Virus record (IMG/VR): IMGVR_UViG_2522572160_000003
DNA from: a virus
Taxonomy: Duplodnaviria; Caudoviricetes
Direction: 5' to 3' (one strand)
Length of the DNA: 64,000 nt
The notes below the pieces were generated by a model. The model was not told the DNA's origin. It saw only the letters and a list, made by a program, of their open reading frames with translations, and made no database searches. Shown piece by piece: positions 48,825-58,430 of this stretch. The stretch's first letter is position 1, and the number at the start of each line of letters is the position of its first letter. A program made the position numbers and the translations under genes.

Positions 48825-49123
48825 TCAACAAATGTGTCCCTAAAACACGGACTTTTCAATTATCAATTCTATGAACGAATACATACACCTATAGATATTA
48901 AATGTCAATGAATAGAACTATGTTGGGTGCGCCGACGCTTAGCTCTATATGCTATAATTCCAAGAAGGTAAGACTCAAGCAAGCTCAAATTCCGGCACAC
49001 TAACCCCAGAGAAGAAGTGAAAAAGTTTGCGTATTTTGCATGTAGAGGCACGTACCTCAAAAAACTGGACAGGAAATTAAGGCTGACACTATATTAATCG
49101 AAAGGGAATATATTGTACAGGAT

Positions 49124-49732
49124 TTGGATATCTTAACAACCATGTGGATAAAACTGACAAAATCCAATAAGACCAAACTGTTCTTTACCTCTGATCATCA
49201 TTTTGGTCATGAAGCTATCATTCGATTCTGCAATCGGCCTTTTGAGAGCCATGCAGAAATGGATGCAGAATTAATCCGTCGATGGAACGAGGTAGTTGAT
49301 TTTGATGATGTAGTTTTTCATTTAGGGGATTTTACACTACGCAATAAAAAAGACGCTCGCCATTATTTTTCAAGGTTGAGAGGCAATATCAAAGTACTTG
49401 GGAATCTCTGGCATCATGACAAAGGATGGCTCCCCAGAAAACCAGGCCCATCCGATCTGCAAAGCAGGAGCGGGACTCCCATAGAGATTCTACCACCCAT
49501 AATAGTTGTTGATATAAAAGGGTTAGTTGAAGACAATAAAAAACAACGTATTGTTTTATGTCATTATCCCCTTGCTGAATGGGATGCCATGCACTACGGG
49601 GCCTATCACCTGTATGGCCACACACATGGTAATCATGTTAACCTTGGCCTATCTTTTGATATCGGGGTCGATTGCACCAATTTTTATCCCATGGAATTTT
49701 CTGATGTAGTAGAAAAATTCAATTGTTTTTAA
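49124..49732 (+). CDS. Calcineurin-like metallophosphoesterase (phage-associated type)
   Basis: FFTSDHHFGH, HLGDF, GN..HHD, HYP, YGHTH and DIGVD motifs. Confidence 0.9.
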   Translation: MDILTTMWIKLTKSNKTKLFFTSDHHFGHEAIIRFCNRPFESHAEMDAELIRRWNEVVDFDDVVFHLGDFTLRNKKDARHYFSRLRGNIKVLGNLWHHDKGWLPRKPGPSDLQSRSGTPIEILPPIIVVDIKGLVEDNKKQRIVLCHYPLAEWDAMHYGAYHLYGHTHGNHVNLGLSFDIGVDCTNFYPMEFSDVVEKFNCF

Positions 49733-49809
49733 CCTATTGCTAACCATTATATCAAAGGTTTTTTGGGAAAAATAAACGTCGGGGGCAACGGATAAATTCG
49801 GGAGATCCT

Positions 49810-50682
49810 ATGTTCAAAATTTTTAAAAGGTTAACTGCAATTTCGATCGTTTTCTTCCTTGTCCTGTTCATTTATGCTTCCATAGGTATTTCGGGCCAGG
49901 ATGAGCTTCCCACCGGTCAGACGTTGAGCGAAGTTAAAACCCGGGTGTTGTCTACGCTGGAAAATGAGATGGAGAATGCAGGGTTTCGCTGGGGCGCACC
50001 CGTATTTTTACGCATATTTAAGGATGTTAAGTTTCCAGGAGGATACAGGGCATATGGTCGAAGAAATAAGTCATACGGAGAAAACGGAGTATTGGAAGTT
50101 TGGGTGCAACGCAATGACCAATTCTGCCTTTTCAGGTCATATGCGGTTTGCTATTTCTCCGGAAGCCCGGGGCCCAAGACAGAGCAGGGGGACTACCAAA
50201 GCCCGAAGGGGTTTTATTTTGTCACTCCGCAGCGGATGAACCCATACAGCTCTTATCATTTAGCCTTTAACTTGGGCTATCCAAATGTTTATGATCGCGC
50301 GCACGAGAGAACCGGAAGTGCTTTAATGGTCCACGGGAATTGCTGCTCAGTCGGTTGCTATGCCATGACAGACCCTAAAATTGAAGAAATATATTTGTTG
50401 GTTGAGGCTGCTCTTAGCGCAGGGCAGCCTTTCGTTCGCGTTCATATTTTTCCTTTTCCAATGACAGACGAAAACATGGAGGCGGCCGAAGGCTCACAAT
50501 GGATTGATTTCTGGAAGAACCTGAAAGAAGGATATGACTTTTTCGAGAATAATAAAGTTCCCCCAAACGTGGAAGTGAGCAACAGGCGATATATTTTTAA
50601 AGTGGAAGAAGTCGCCCCAGCTGCTTTTCCGGTGGCAGGGTCGCCTTCACCTCAAGCTCATCCTGGTGATGCTTTGGACTGA
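49810..50682 (+). CDS. YkuD/L,D-transpeptidase family, YafK/DpaA(LdtF)-like
   Basis: PVFLRIFK, SG.PGPK..QGD.QSP.GFY, YHLAFNLGYPN.YD, MVHGNCCSVGCYAMTD and FWKNLKEGYD motifs. Confidence 0.9.
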   Translation: MFKIFKRLTAISIVFFLVLFIYASIGISGQDELPTGQTLSEVKTRVLSTLENEMENAGFRWGAPVFLRIFKDVKFPGGYRAYGRRNKSYGENGVLEVWVQRNDQFCLFRSYAVCYFSGSPGPKTEQGDYQSPKGFYFVTPQRMNPYSSYHLAFNLGYPNVYDRAHERTGSALMVHGNCCSVGCYAMTDPKIEEIYLLVEAALSAGQPFVRVHIFPFPMTDENMEAAEGSQWIDFWKNLKEGYDFFENNKVPPNVEVSNRRYIFKVEEVAPAAFPVAGSPSPQAHPGDALD

Positions 50683-50694
50683 CATTAAATATAC

Positions 50695-51036
50695 ATGATA
50701 GAATACAATGGCAGATTGATTCTTCGTAGAGGATGGAAATACATGGATGAAAAAAATGCTGCTTGGGTCCACTCCATTTCCAAAAAGGTTGACCCTATAT
50801 ATGAAATAGTCAACCGGCTGACAGGCTGGAAGGTTGTATTTGTTTTCTGGAAAATTACTTGTACGCAATGTCCATTTTTTAAAACGGAACCCGACTGGAG
50901 TGATCTTGTCCGCCTTTTTGATATGGAAATTTTACCGGTCATGGATTGGCTTTTTAGAAACCTATCCCCTGCCGGTGAGGATTTTAAGTGGGCGGTTGAA
51001 ACCTATCCGTGTCTTTATAAGGGGGAAAACGAATAA
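50695..51036 (+). CDS. Hypothetical protein
   Basis: 113-aa ORF 12 bp after the previous stop; no motif recognised. Confidence 0.55.
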   Translation: MIEYNGRLILRRGWKYMDEKNAAWVHSISKKVDPIYEIVNRLTGWKVVFVFWKITCTQCPFFKTEPDWSDLVRLFDMEILPVMDWLFRNLSPAGEDFKWAVETYPCLYKGENE

Positions 51037-51477
51037 ACATAGAACAGGTAGCATATTATCACTGCCAAGTGAAATTGCCCCCCCCAAGACAGGCGACCTA
51101 ACAGCCGTAAATCTTCAGGCGCGATTTTATAATGGAGGTTTTTCAGACCTGTCATGCAACTCTAACGAGACAACAATAGACAGAAAATATTTATTGGAGA
51201 TGGCCGAACAAGTTCGGGTGAGCATGAAAAAGGAATTGCGGTTGGATGAGTGGCAAAAAACAGTTTTATTAAAAGGACGAGAATATTTTTACCTTTTCGT
51301 CCAGTTGTTAAGCGGAGCCTTGGATGACGATGGAAAATAGATACAGGGCGCCAAAGCCAGGGACAAACTTCGATGCAGAGACTGGAAAATTTTACATTTT
51401 CCGGCCTAACAGCATCACCGTCATGAAGGCATGGCCTCCATTAGCCTGGAAGAAGACTTGAAGTCAACTTGCATAGT

Positions 51478-51715
51478 CTCATTGTCGGCTTAGGAATTGG
51501 ACTATGTTTCCCAAGTCAGTTATTTTATGGGTTATTCCAGGTAGCAGTTTTATGAAATCCGCCGCAATTACCAGACCTATGGCGCCGAGAGGCTTGTTGA
51601 CAAACTGCCAGGCGTCAAAGGGTCTCACCCCCAACCGGGTAGCTCCCGAAGTGGGAAAGGCCATCCTGGAATACAGCGTCTGAAGCAGCCAGGCCAGGGA
51701 TGTCTCGCAGCAGCC
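51478..51715 (+). pseudogene. IS481-family transposase remnant
   Basis: Hand translation A*ELDYVSQVSYFMGYSR*QFYEIRRNYQTYGAERLVDKLPGVKGSHP/NRVAPEV/KAILEYS matches the IS481 HTH N-terminus, with stops and frameshifts. Confidence 0.8.
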
Positions 51716-51811
51716 AAAAGCCTTTTATAAGCTGCCGCGTGCCTCATATTTGTGGAGAAGCGATCATGTTGCTTTGACAAGCTAAAAAAATACTGACCAG
51801 GATCAAAAAAT

Positions 51812-52588
51812 ATGGACCTTGATGAAAAAAATCAAAAGCATTTGGAACGTCAGCTAATTGCCTCGGAACGTAAACTGGGGCAGTACGACCCGCAAACAAT
51901 AAGTGTCGGATTGAATCTTGCACGCATCTATGTAGAACAAGGCCGTTTTGACAAAGCGGAGCCTCTCTATCTGAGAGACTTGCATTTCTTTGAAAGAATG
52001 GAAGGCGAGGACGGCATTTGCGTTGCTTTTTCATGTTCAAGAATCGGAGCATTTTACGAAGCATACGGAAAATTTGATCAGGCAGAGGCTATGTACTTGC
52101 GAGAACTGAAGATCATTGCATGCATTGATGACAACTTCCTTCCAGTACGTATTGCAAAGCTGTTAAAGGTTTCCTTAAGCCAGGAGAATTTTTCCAAGGC
52201 TCAGAAATACTGTGATAGTCTCATGAATTTAATCATAACGATTTTGAGAGAGGATTATAATAACGATGATGATTACGTCTCGGACTTATCGGATTTACTA
52301 AACGAAATGGCTTGGGCTTATCATGAGAAAGGCTGGAAAGAGCAGGCGCTGGGCTTGTATTTGAGGGGGATGGAGCTTTATGAGTTTTTTGGAGGAACGG
52401 ATCAACCCATGATGGCATTCTTGTCTCATGGCATGGGGCTGTTTTGTAGAGAAGCAGGCCACTCGATTTTAGCCGGGAAGTATCTTAATCAAGCGGTTGA
52501 ACTCGCCCAAATGCTTTGGGGGCCCGATGATCCGGACACGATTCGTTTTAAGAAAAATCTGACTGCTTTATCAATATTGCATCAATAA
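51812..52588 (+). CDS. Tetratricopeptide repeat protein (TPR_12/kinesin light chain type)
   Basis: NLARIYVEQGRFDKAEPLYLR, GKFDQAEAMYLR and GPDDPDT motifs. Confidence 0.88.
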   Translation: MDLDEKNQKHLERQLIASERKLGQYDPQTISVGLNLARIYVEQGRFDKAEPLYLRDLHFFERMEGEDGICVAFSCSRIGAFYEAYGKFDQAEAMYLRELKIIACIDDNFLPVRIAKLLKVSLSQENFSKAQKYCDSLMNLIITILREDYNNDDDYVSDLSDLLNEMAWAYHEKGWKEQALGLYLRGMELYEFFGGTDQPMMAFLSHGMGLFCREAGHSILAGKYLNQAVELAQMLWGPDDPDTIRFKKNLTALSILHQ

Positions 52589-52640
52589 ACTCCAAGAGAC
52601 AAGCCGCCGGGGCATTATTGGGGGAAAATGGAGTGTTGTT

Positions 52641-53348
52641 ATGAAACTTCTGGGGGTGACATTCACTGGTGTGGATTCAACTATTGATTTAAGTGAACTA
52701 AAGAAAATTCAAGATAATTTTCCATGGGTTGAGTGGGGGATTCTTCTTTCAGACTTTTACATGGGGACTCAGCTTAGATTCCCTGGTGAGGGCTGGTTAG
52801 CAGGACTTCGTTCGTTTGCCACTCAAAATGAACTAAACCTGTCTGGCCACTACTGTGGACGATGGGCAAGGGATGTGATCAAGGGCCTAAAATCGCCATT
52901 CACCAAGGAGGGTTTTAACCCTGATATTTTCAAAAGAATTCAGCTTAACACGAAAATTGATAAGCTACCGGTTCTCGATATTGTCGGATTGGCTAATACG
53001 ATCAAAAGCATGGATCAAGAATTCATTTTTCAGTGCAACGGGGGGCTTAATGATGCGGTGGTACTTCTATTGAACAGGTCTGGGATTAATGTTTCTGGCC
53101 TGTTTGATCGATCTGGAGGACATGGGTTGGTACCAGATAATTGGCCAGAACCATATAAAAATATCAAAATGGGGTATGCTGGTGGACTGAACCCGATAAA
53201 CCTTTCTTTAGAATTGGAAAAAATATCGGAAATCGTAGGGGAAGGAACTATTTGGATCGATATGGAAACAGGAATTCGGACGGATGATAAATTTGATTTG
53301 AAAAAAGTCTCCCTTTGCCTTGAAACCGCAGCCCCCTGGATCCAGTGA
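52641..53348 (+). CDS. TrpF-like TIM-barrel protein (phage/MGE-associated family)
   Basis: VTFTGVD, VEWGILLS, RIQLN, LFDRSGG.G, GYAGGLNP.N and WIDMETGIRT.DKFD motifs. Confidence 0.8.
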   Translation: MKLLGVTFTGVDSTIDLSELKKIQDNFPWVEWGILLSDFYMGTQLRFPGEGWLAGLRSFATQNELNLSGHYCGRWARDVIKGLKSPFTKEGFNPDIFKRIQLNTKIDKLPVLDIVGLANTIKSMDQEFIFQCNGGLNDAVVLLLNRSGINVSGLFDRSGGHGLVPDNWPEPYKNIKMGYAGGLNPINLSLELEKISEIVGEGTIWIDMETGIRTDDKFDLKKVSLCLETAAPWIQ

Positions 53349-53478
53349 TTTGATGTCCTGGCACGTTTGCTGTTAAGGTGGGCGGAAATTACACAGAACC
53401 TTTACTATGCTTAATACTATCTTTAATTTTGAATATTTCAGCCCAAAAACTTGTTCCGAGATTTTACAATTGTTAGGA

Positions 53479-53859
53479 TTAAAAGGGTATTTTTTCATCG
53501 TGATAGTCAGCAGAGGAATAATCAGCGCTTTTTTTTCTCACTTCAGTAAACACTATCCTGAGCTCGCCTGCATTCTTCCCTCTCATTTTTGGACAAAGCA
53601 CAGGTTCCATGAAAAGGTCATCGGGCCATGTATCCAGGCGAAAGATGATTCTTTCCTGAGTTCTGAGGATATAATCCAGCGCCCAGGCATGAAATTTCTT
53701 CTTTGTCCTGATTGTATTGATTAATTTTCCGGGTTCCCCGGATTCAGTAATTTGGTAGATGTGGTGTATGTATGGTTTCATTGCCGGTTTCTTATCCCCT
53801 TTCACGATGGTATCTAAAAATGAACCACCAATTCGGGTAGTGTCCAGAATTTTTAGCAC
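53479..53859 (-). CDS. Hypothetical protein
   Basis: 126-aa ORF 8 bp downstream of the 53868 gene, same strand. Confidence 0.6.
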   Translation of the reverse strand: MLKILDTTRIGGSFLDTIVKGDKKPAMKPYIHHIYQITESGEPGKLINTIRTKKKFHAWALDYILRTQERIIFRLDTWPDDLFMEPVLCPKMRGKNAGELRIVFTEVRKKSADYSSADYHDEKIPF

Positions 53860-53867
53860 TTTTGATT

Positions 53868-54989
53868 TTAAGTAGCCCCAACACCTGTTAAGACGATCAT
53901 GCTTTTGTATTTATTCTCCAATTCTATGGAGGCTGGCGTTTCATCGTGCCGGCCAGTTTCAAATTTCGCACTAATAAGATATGGCCGTATTCGATTCTTG
54001 CGGCGATACTGATCCAATCCACGCTCCATATCCTCAATAAGGACAACTATCATGTCTGCAATGGGGAATATTTTTTTTACGCGCTGGTCCTGGCTTAGCC
54101 CTTTCAAATTCTTGCAACATCCTGGTTTAATGCTTAAAAAGTTGTCTTCCAACATCCGCCTACCAATACCGTCATAGTCAGCTTCATAAAAATATTTTCC
54201 GCATGGAGACACCGCCATGTCTTCTGGAGCACTGAATATTTTAAAGCCATCACCTTTGCCAGTTCCTGTCCGTTCCTGTTCAGTGATCTCATATCGGCCC
54301 CCTGTTGTTATTTTCTCCAGCACACCAAATCGTCTATAGCCATAATGTGCTGTATCTCTACCGCTGGTGCTTCTCGGGTAGTAGGGACGGGTTTTAAAGA
54401 TCACTGTCAGAACATCTCCAAAAGGCACCATTTTGAGCACCTCGCCACAGTCTTCTATCCAACCAACAGGCTCCCTGGCCCACTCCTCATCTTGTTTCAC
54501 AACATAAAGACGGTTTCCATTGGCATACAACAAGTCTTCATTCCAAATAACAAAACAGTTTACCGGCGAATAGCGATAATATTTTTGGCCCAATTCTATA
54601 CGTTTGCGGCCATCGGAATAAAGAGGTATGGTATCAATTTGATTGCCTTCTATATCCCATTTAACAAAGGTTTCGTCTTCAAGGACCTGGGCTCCTATCC
54701 AAGACGGGCCTACAATCAGGTGTTGTATATCCCCAATATGAATGCAGGTTGGTTGGTGCTCAATGTGGTGGGCAATTATGGCATCATCCCCATTTTTAAA
54801 GCGAGACCATGTAAATATGGTTCGACTGTCACCGTCATCTAAGACCTGTAAATCAATATGAGTTGCAACTTTTGGTAAGGTTTGAATCACATGCGAATCT
54901 TGGAGTTTTGATCCACGAAACATACTATAGTGAATGTCAGTGGACCTGTCCGGAATTCCAATAAGCCCAAAAGTGCAATCGAAATTCAT
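53868..54989 (-). CDS. Hypothetical beta-rich (possible propeller) protein
   Basis: 373 aa, AAGGAG RBS; a paralogous fragment at 48495 supports real coding. Confidence 0.75.
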   Translation of the reverse strand: MNFDCTFGLIGIPDRSTDIHYSMFRGSKLQDSHVIQTLPKVATHIDLQVLDDGDSRTIFTWSRFKNGDDAIIAHHIEHQPTCIHIGDIQHLIVGPSWIGAQVLEDETFVKWDIEGNQIDTIPLYSDGRKRIELGQKYYRYSPVNCFVIWNEDLLYANGNRLYVVKQDEEWAREPVGWIEDCGEVLKMVPFGDVLTVIFKTRPYYPRSTSGRDTAHYGYRRFGVLEKITTGGRYEITEQERTGTGKGDGFKIFSAPEDMAVSPCGKYFYEADYDGIGRRMLEDNFLSIKPGCCKNLKGLSQDQRVKKIFPIADMIVVLIEDMERGLDQYRRKNRIRPYLISAKFETGRHDETPASIELENKYKSMIVLTGVGAT

Positions 54990-55310
54990 TTAATCTCCTT
55001 CCATTGGGTTACGCCACATCCGTCCAAAACCGATTGTGTATCCAGCAGAACAGATTGAGCGTTGCAATCGCTCAATTTCCTTGTCAAGTTTGTACGCCAA
55101 TTGTTTGGATTATTGATCAATAAATACCACGCACAAAATATTCTGGCAAGCTCTGACATGAACTATGCGCCATGTCTTTTCATGGGCCCATTATTCGCCA
55201 ATGCAATTTTTAACAAAACTTATAGAGAAATAAATGTATTATGGAGGAGATGATTCTCAACAATAGGACGCTATTGTATTAAATTAGCTCCAATCCATTA
55301 CAAGAGACCG

Positions 55311-55342
55311 CATTCTCCAATGCGGTTTCTTGCTTTAAGGGG
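55311..55342. terminator. Stem-loop upstream of the AAA operon (terminator/attenuator-like)
   Basis: caagagaccgcatt-ctcc-aatgcggtttcttg, a 14-bp stem with one G-U pair. Confidence 0.55.
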
Positions 55343-55440
55343 CCGAACAATCCCTATTCCAATCACTCCGTCTTTCCCCTATTCCACTCATCCCGAGTGA
55401 ATCCGTGATCCCAAACAATTCAAACCAAAGGAGTTTGCCT

Positions 55441-56874
55441 ATGATCAAGGAGTATTTGAAGGCCGGATATCCGGCCATATGCCTGTTGACGCAGGAGCCG
55501 CACCGCGCAGAAGCGGTGTTGCCTTGCGAGGGCTGGAGATTCGTCTCCTGGGACTGCCTACAGGGCATCATTGACCTGGAAGCCAAAAAGGTCCTGGAAG
55601 AGATCATCGACCCTGTCGAAGCCATTCGCTGGCTCGACAACTTCGGCGACACCGTGCTCATCGCCCACAACCTGCACCTGTTTCTCGAAGCCCCGGAGGT
55701 CGCCCAGGCCATCCAGAACGGCATTATCCGATGGAAAAGCATCGGCAGTGCGCTGGTCATGGTTTCCCCGGTGATCCAAATGCGGCCGGAGATCGAAAAG
55801 TATTTCCATATCATCGATCTGGCCCTGCCTTCCGACGAAGACCTGTTCACAATCCAGATGGATTTCGCCAAGAAGCTCAACGTCAAACCCAACCGGAAGG
55901 CGGCCCGCGCCGCAAAAGGACTCACCGAATTCGAAACCGAAACAGCCTACGCCCTGTCCCTTGTGAAAAAGGGCTACTTTTCCACCCGGGTCGTCACTGA
56001 GAACAAGGCTCAGATGATCCGCAAATCCGGCCTCATGGAGTTCTGGCAACCCGCAGACATTCAGGACGTGGGAGGATTGGACGCACTCAAATCGTTCATC
56101 GCCAACCGCATTCGAGCCTACGAATCGGACGGCGAATCCCTCCCCCGCCCCAAAGGAATATTGCTCTGCGGAGTTCCAGGGACTGGAAAATCTTTAACCT
56201 CCAAGGCAGTGGCATCATTGCTCAACTGGCCTCTCATCAAACTGGACATCGGCGCGTTGAAAAACTCTCTCGTAGGAGAATCCGAGCGCCGCATGCGCCA
56301 GGCAACCCAGGTGATCGACGCTTTCGGCGAAGCCATTATCTGGCTCGACGAGTGCGAAAAAATGTTCGCCGGGACCAAATCAAGCGGAGAAACCGACGCA
56401 GGCACAACCGCCGGAATGTTCAGCCATTTCTTAAACTGGATGGCCGAAACCAATAATTCCGTATTGGTCATGTGCACTGCAAACAACATCTCCCAACTGC
56501 CGCCCGAGTTTCTGCGAGCCGGTCGATTCGACGCAACCTTCTTCGTGGATCTTCCCACCAAGGCGGAGCGCATCGAAATCATCAAAATCATGAACCGCAA
56601 GTATAAAACCGACATCCCCCTATCATGGGCGGACCGGTTGACCGGGTTCACCGGCGCGGAAATCGAGCAACTGGCTAAAGACAGCCTGTTCGACGGCATA
56701 GACGAAGCATTTCAAAACCTGGTTCCCATATCCCGGTCCATGCGCGAAGAAATCAACGCGCTCAGGGATTGGGCCAAGAACCGGGCTCGACTGGCGAACA
56801 CGCCTGACAACCTCGAAACCGGTCAACGCAAACTGCGCACCGTTAAGAAGAAAGGAGGTGACACCAAGCATTGA
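55441..56874 (+). CDS. AAA+ ATPase, Ycf46-like
   Basis: DVGGL..LK, PRPKGILL.GVPGTGKS, VGESE, WLDECEK, TANNI..LPPEFLRAGRFD; AAGGAG RBS before ATG 55441. Confidence 0.9.
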   Translation: MIKEYLKAGYPAICLLTQEPHRAEAVLPCEGWRFVSWDCLQGIIDLEAKKVLEEIIDPVEAIRWLDNFGDTVLIAHNLHLFLEAPEVAQAIQNGIIRWKSIGSALVMVSPVIQMRPEIEKYFHIIDLALPSDEDLFTIQMDFAKKLNVKPNRKAARAAKGLTEFETETAYALSLVKKGYFSTRVVTENKAQMIRKSGLMEFWQPADIQDVGGLDALKSFIANRIRAYESDGESLPRPKGILLCGVPGTGKSLTSKAVASLLNWPLIKLDIGALKNSLVGESERRMRQATQVIDAFGEAIIWLDECEKMFAGTKSSGETDAGTTAGMFSHFLNWMAETNNSVLVMCTANNISQLPPEFLRAGRFDATFFVDLPTKAERIEIIKIMNRKYKTDIPLSWADRLTGFTGAEIEQLAKDSLFDGIDEAFQNLVPISRSMREEINALRDWAKNRARLANTPDNLETGQRKLRTVKKKGGDTKH

Positions 56875-57290
56875 GCCACATTTCCAAAATCGAGGTGAGG
56901 ATCGACTCCCTCGACGCTCTGAAGCTCGCCTGCCATAGGCTGGGGTTCCAGTTCAACCAAAACCAGACCACGTACAAATGGTTCGGTCGATGGGTTGGAG
57001 ACGAGCCCTTGCCCGAAGGCGTAAGCGAAGAAGAGCTTGGCAAATGCCATCACGCCATCATCGTGCCCGAATGCGAGTACGAAATCGGCGTGGTCAAACG
57101 CGAATCCCATTACATCCTGTTGTGGGATTCATGGTATCGAGGCGGCTTGAAAAAGAAGATCGGCAAAAACGCCGGCATTCTCAAACAAGCCTACTCCATC
57201 GAAAAGATCAGGGCTGAAGCCCGCAAACGATCCTACCGCATCACCGAAAAACGGACGCCCCAAGGCATCCGCCTGACTCTCACCTGCTGA
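56871..57290 (+). CDS. DUF1257 (Ycf35-like) protein
   Basis: MSHISKIEVRI..LDALK.AC..LG...YEIGV...Y.L.WD...LKQAY; TTG start coupled to the AAA stop, AAGGAGGT RBS. Confidence 0.82.
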   Translation: MSHISKIEVRIDSLDALKLACHRLGFQFNQNQTTYKWFGRWVGDEPLPEGVSEEELGKCHHAIIVPECEYEIGVVKRESHYILLWDSWYRGGLKKKIGKNAGILKQAYSIEKIRAEARKRSYRITEKRTPQGIRLTLTC

Positions 57291-57298
57291 GGACAATC

Positions 57299-57496
57299 AT
57301 GAAACAAATCATTTTGGACGTCTCCGACGACGGAGAGGTTCGCATTGAAACCCGAGGCTTTGCCGGAAAGGCTTGTCTGGAAGAGGCGCAGTTCATCAAG
57401 GATCTGCTGGGTAAGGAGCTTACCCGCAACCTGACTCCCGCCTATTACCAGGACGCCAAAAAGAAGGCGAAGCGCTACCTTAACCTTTGCGGATAG
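57299..57496 (+). CDS. DUF2997 protein
   Basis: I...DGEV.IET.GF.G.AC......LG......TP.YY. Confidence 0.82.
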   Translation: MKQIILDVSDDGEVRIETRGFAGKACLEEAQFIKDLLGKELTRNLTPAYYQDAKKKAKRYLNLCG

Positions 57497-57509
57497 AAAG
57501 GAAAACATT

Positions 57510-58373
57510 ATGGACGCCATTTTCAAGAAAGCATGTCTCGTACAATTCTCAGCCTCCGTGTGGCAGGGAACCCGCATGATCGATCCCGCCCTCATGGAAA
57601 GCCTGGGCCAGAACAGCGACTGGGTCAAAGCCCGCAAGAGGCTCATCAACCCCGAACTGTTAGGCCCCATCAAAACCGCCGTGCATCAGGCCCGAAACAA
57701 CATCCAGAAGCATGCATTGCCGTTTCCCATCACTGCGCTTTACCTGATTCCCAAGGAAAGCCTGACCATGATCGACGAAACCCTGCAGCAATTCAAGGAG
57801 CGTTTCTGGGCCAAGGTCAACGAGTTCGAGGCTCATTACGAAGAAGCCCGCGAGGAGGCGAAAGCCGTCCTGGGCGAATTGTGGAACGAAACCGACTACC
57901 CGAGCGACGTAACCGCCAAATTCAACTTTGAGTGGCGATTCCTCATCCTGGACGTCCCGAGCAAATCGAGCGTCCTGCCTCCCGAGGTATACGCCCGGGA
58001 AAAGGAGAAGTTCCAAAGCCTCATGGAAGAAACCCGTACTCTGGCCGCCGAAGCATTGGCCAAGGAGATGGGCGACATCGTCCATAATCTGTCGGAACGC
58101 TTATCCGGCGGCAACAAGACCTTGTCATCCAACATGCTGAACAAGCTCAAGGAGTTCCTGGACGCCTTTGAAACCAAGAACATCTTTGAAAACGAACGCC
58201 TGACGGAGCTGGTTACCCAAACCCGCGAGATCGTGGGCGGAGTCACTCCCTACGGACTTCGCTACAACGAATCCATCCGCCAGCGCATTTCAACTGACAT
58301 GGCCAACCTGAAATCCGCCATTGACGAAGCCATCGAAGACCTGCCCAGGCGCAAGCTCCGCCTGGCTGCGTAA
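57510..58373 (+). CDS. DUF3150-like protein
   Basis: LV...SVWQG...KRLI.P..L...LPF...LYLIP...YP...KF.F pattern; position in the module. Confidence 0.65.
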   Translation: MDAIFKKACLVQFSASVWQGTRMIDPALMESLGQNSDWVKARKRLINPELLGPIKTAVHQARNNIQKHALPFPITALYLIPKESLTMIDETLQQFKERFWAKVNEFEAHYEEAREEAKAVLGELWNETDYPSDVTAKFNFEWRFLILDVPSKSSVLPPEVYAREKEKFQSLMEETRTLAAEALAKEMGDIVHNLSERLSGGNKTLSSNMLNKLKEFLDAFETKNIFENERLTELVTQTREIVGGVTPYGLRYNESIRQRISTDMANLKSAIDEAIEDLPRRKLRLAA

Positions 58374-58430
58374 TTCCAAAGCGCATCCGATGCGTTTTCC
58401 ATACCTTATTAATAAGCAAAGGAGAAAACT

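Noticed and set aside
50834-51340. 168-aa ORF
   Set aside because: Overlaps 50695-51036 extensively with no motif; at most the last ~46 codons (MAEQVR...) might be a gene remnant.
52641-53348. Housekeeping trpF
   Set aside because: Lacks the KICG N-terminal motif and any trp operon context, so no gene symbol was assigned.
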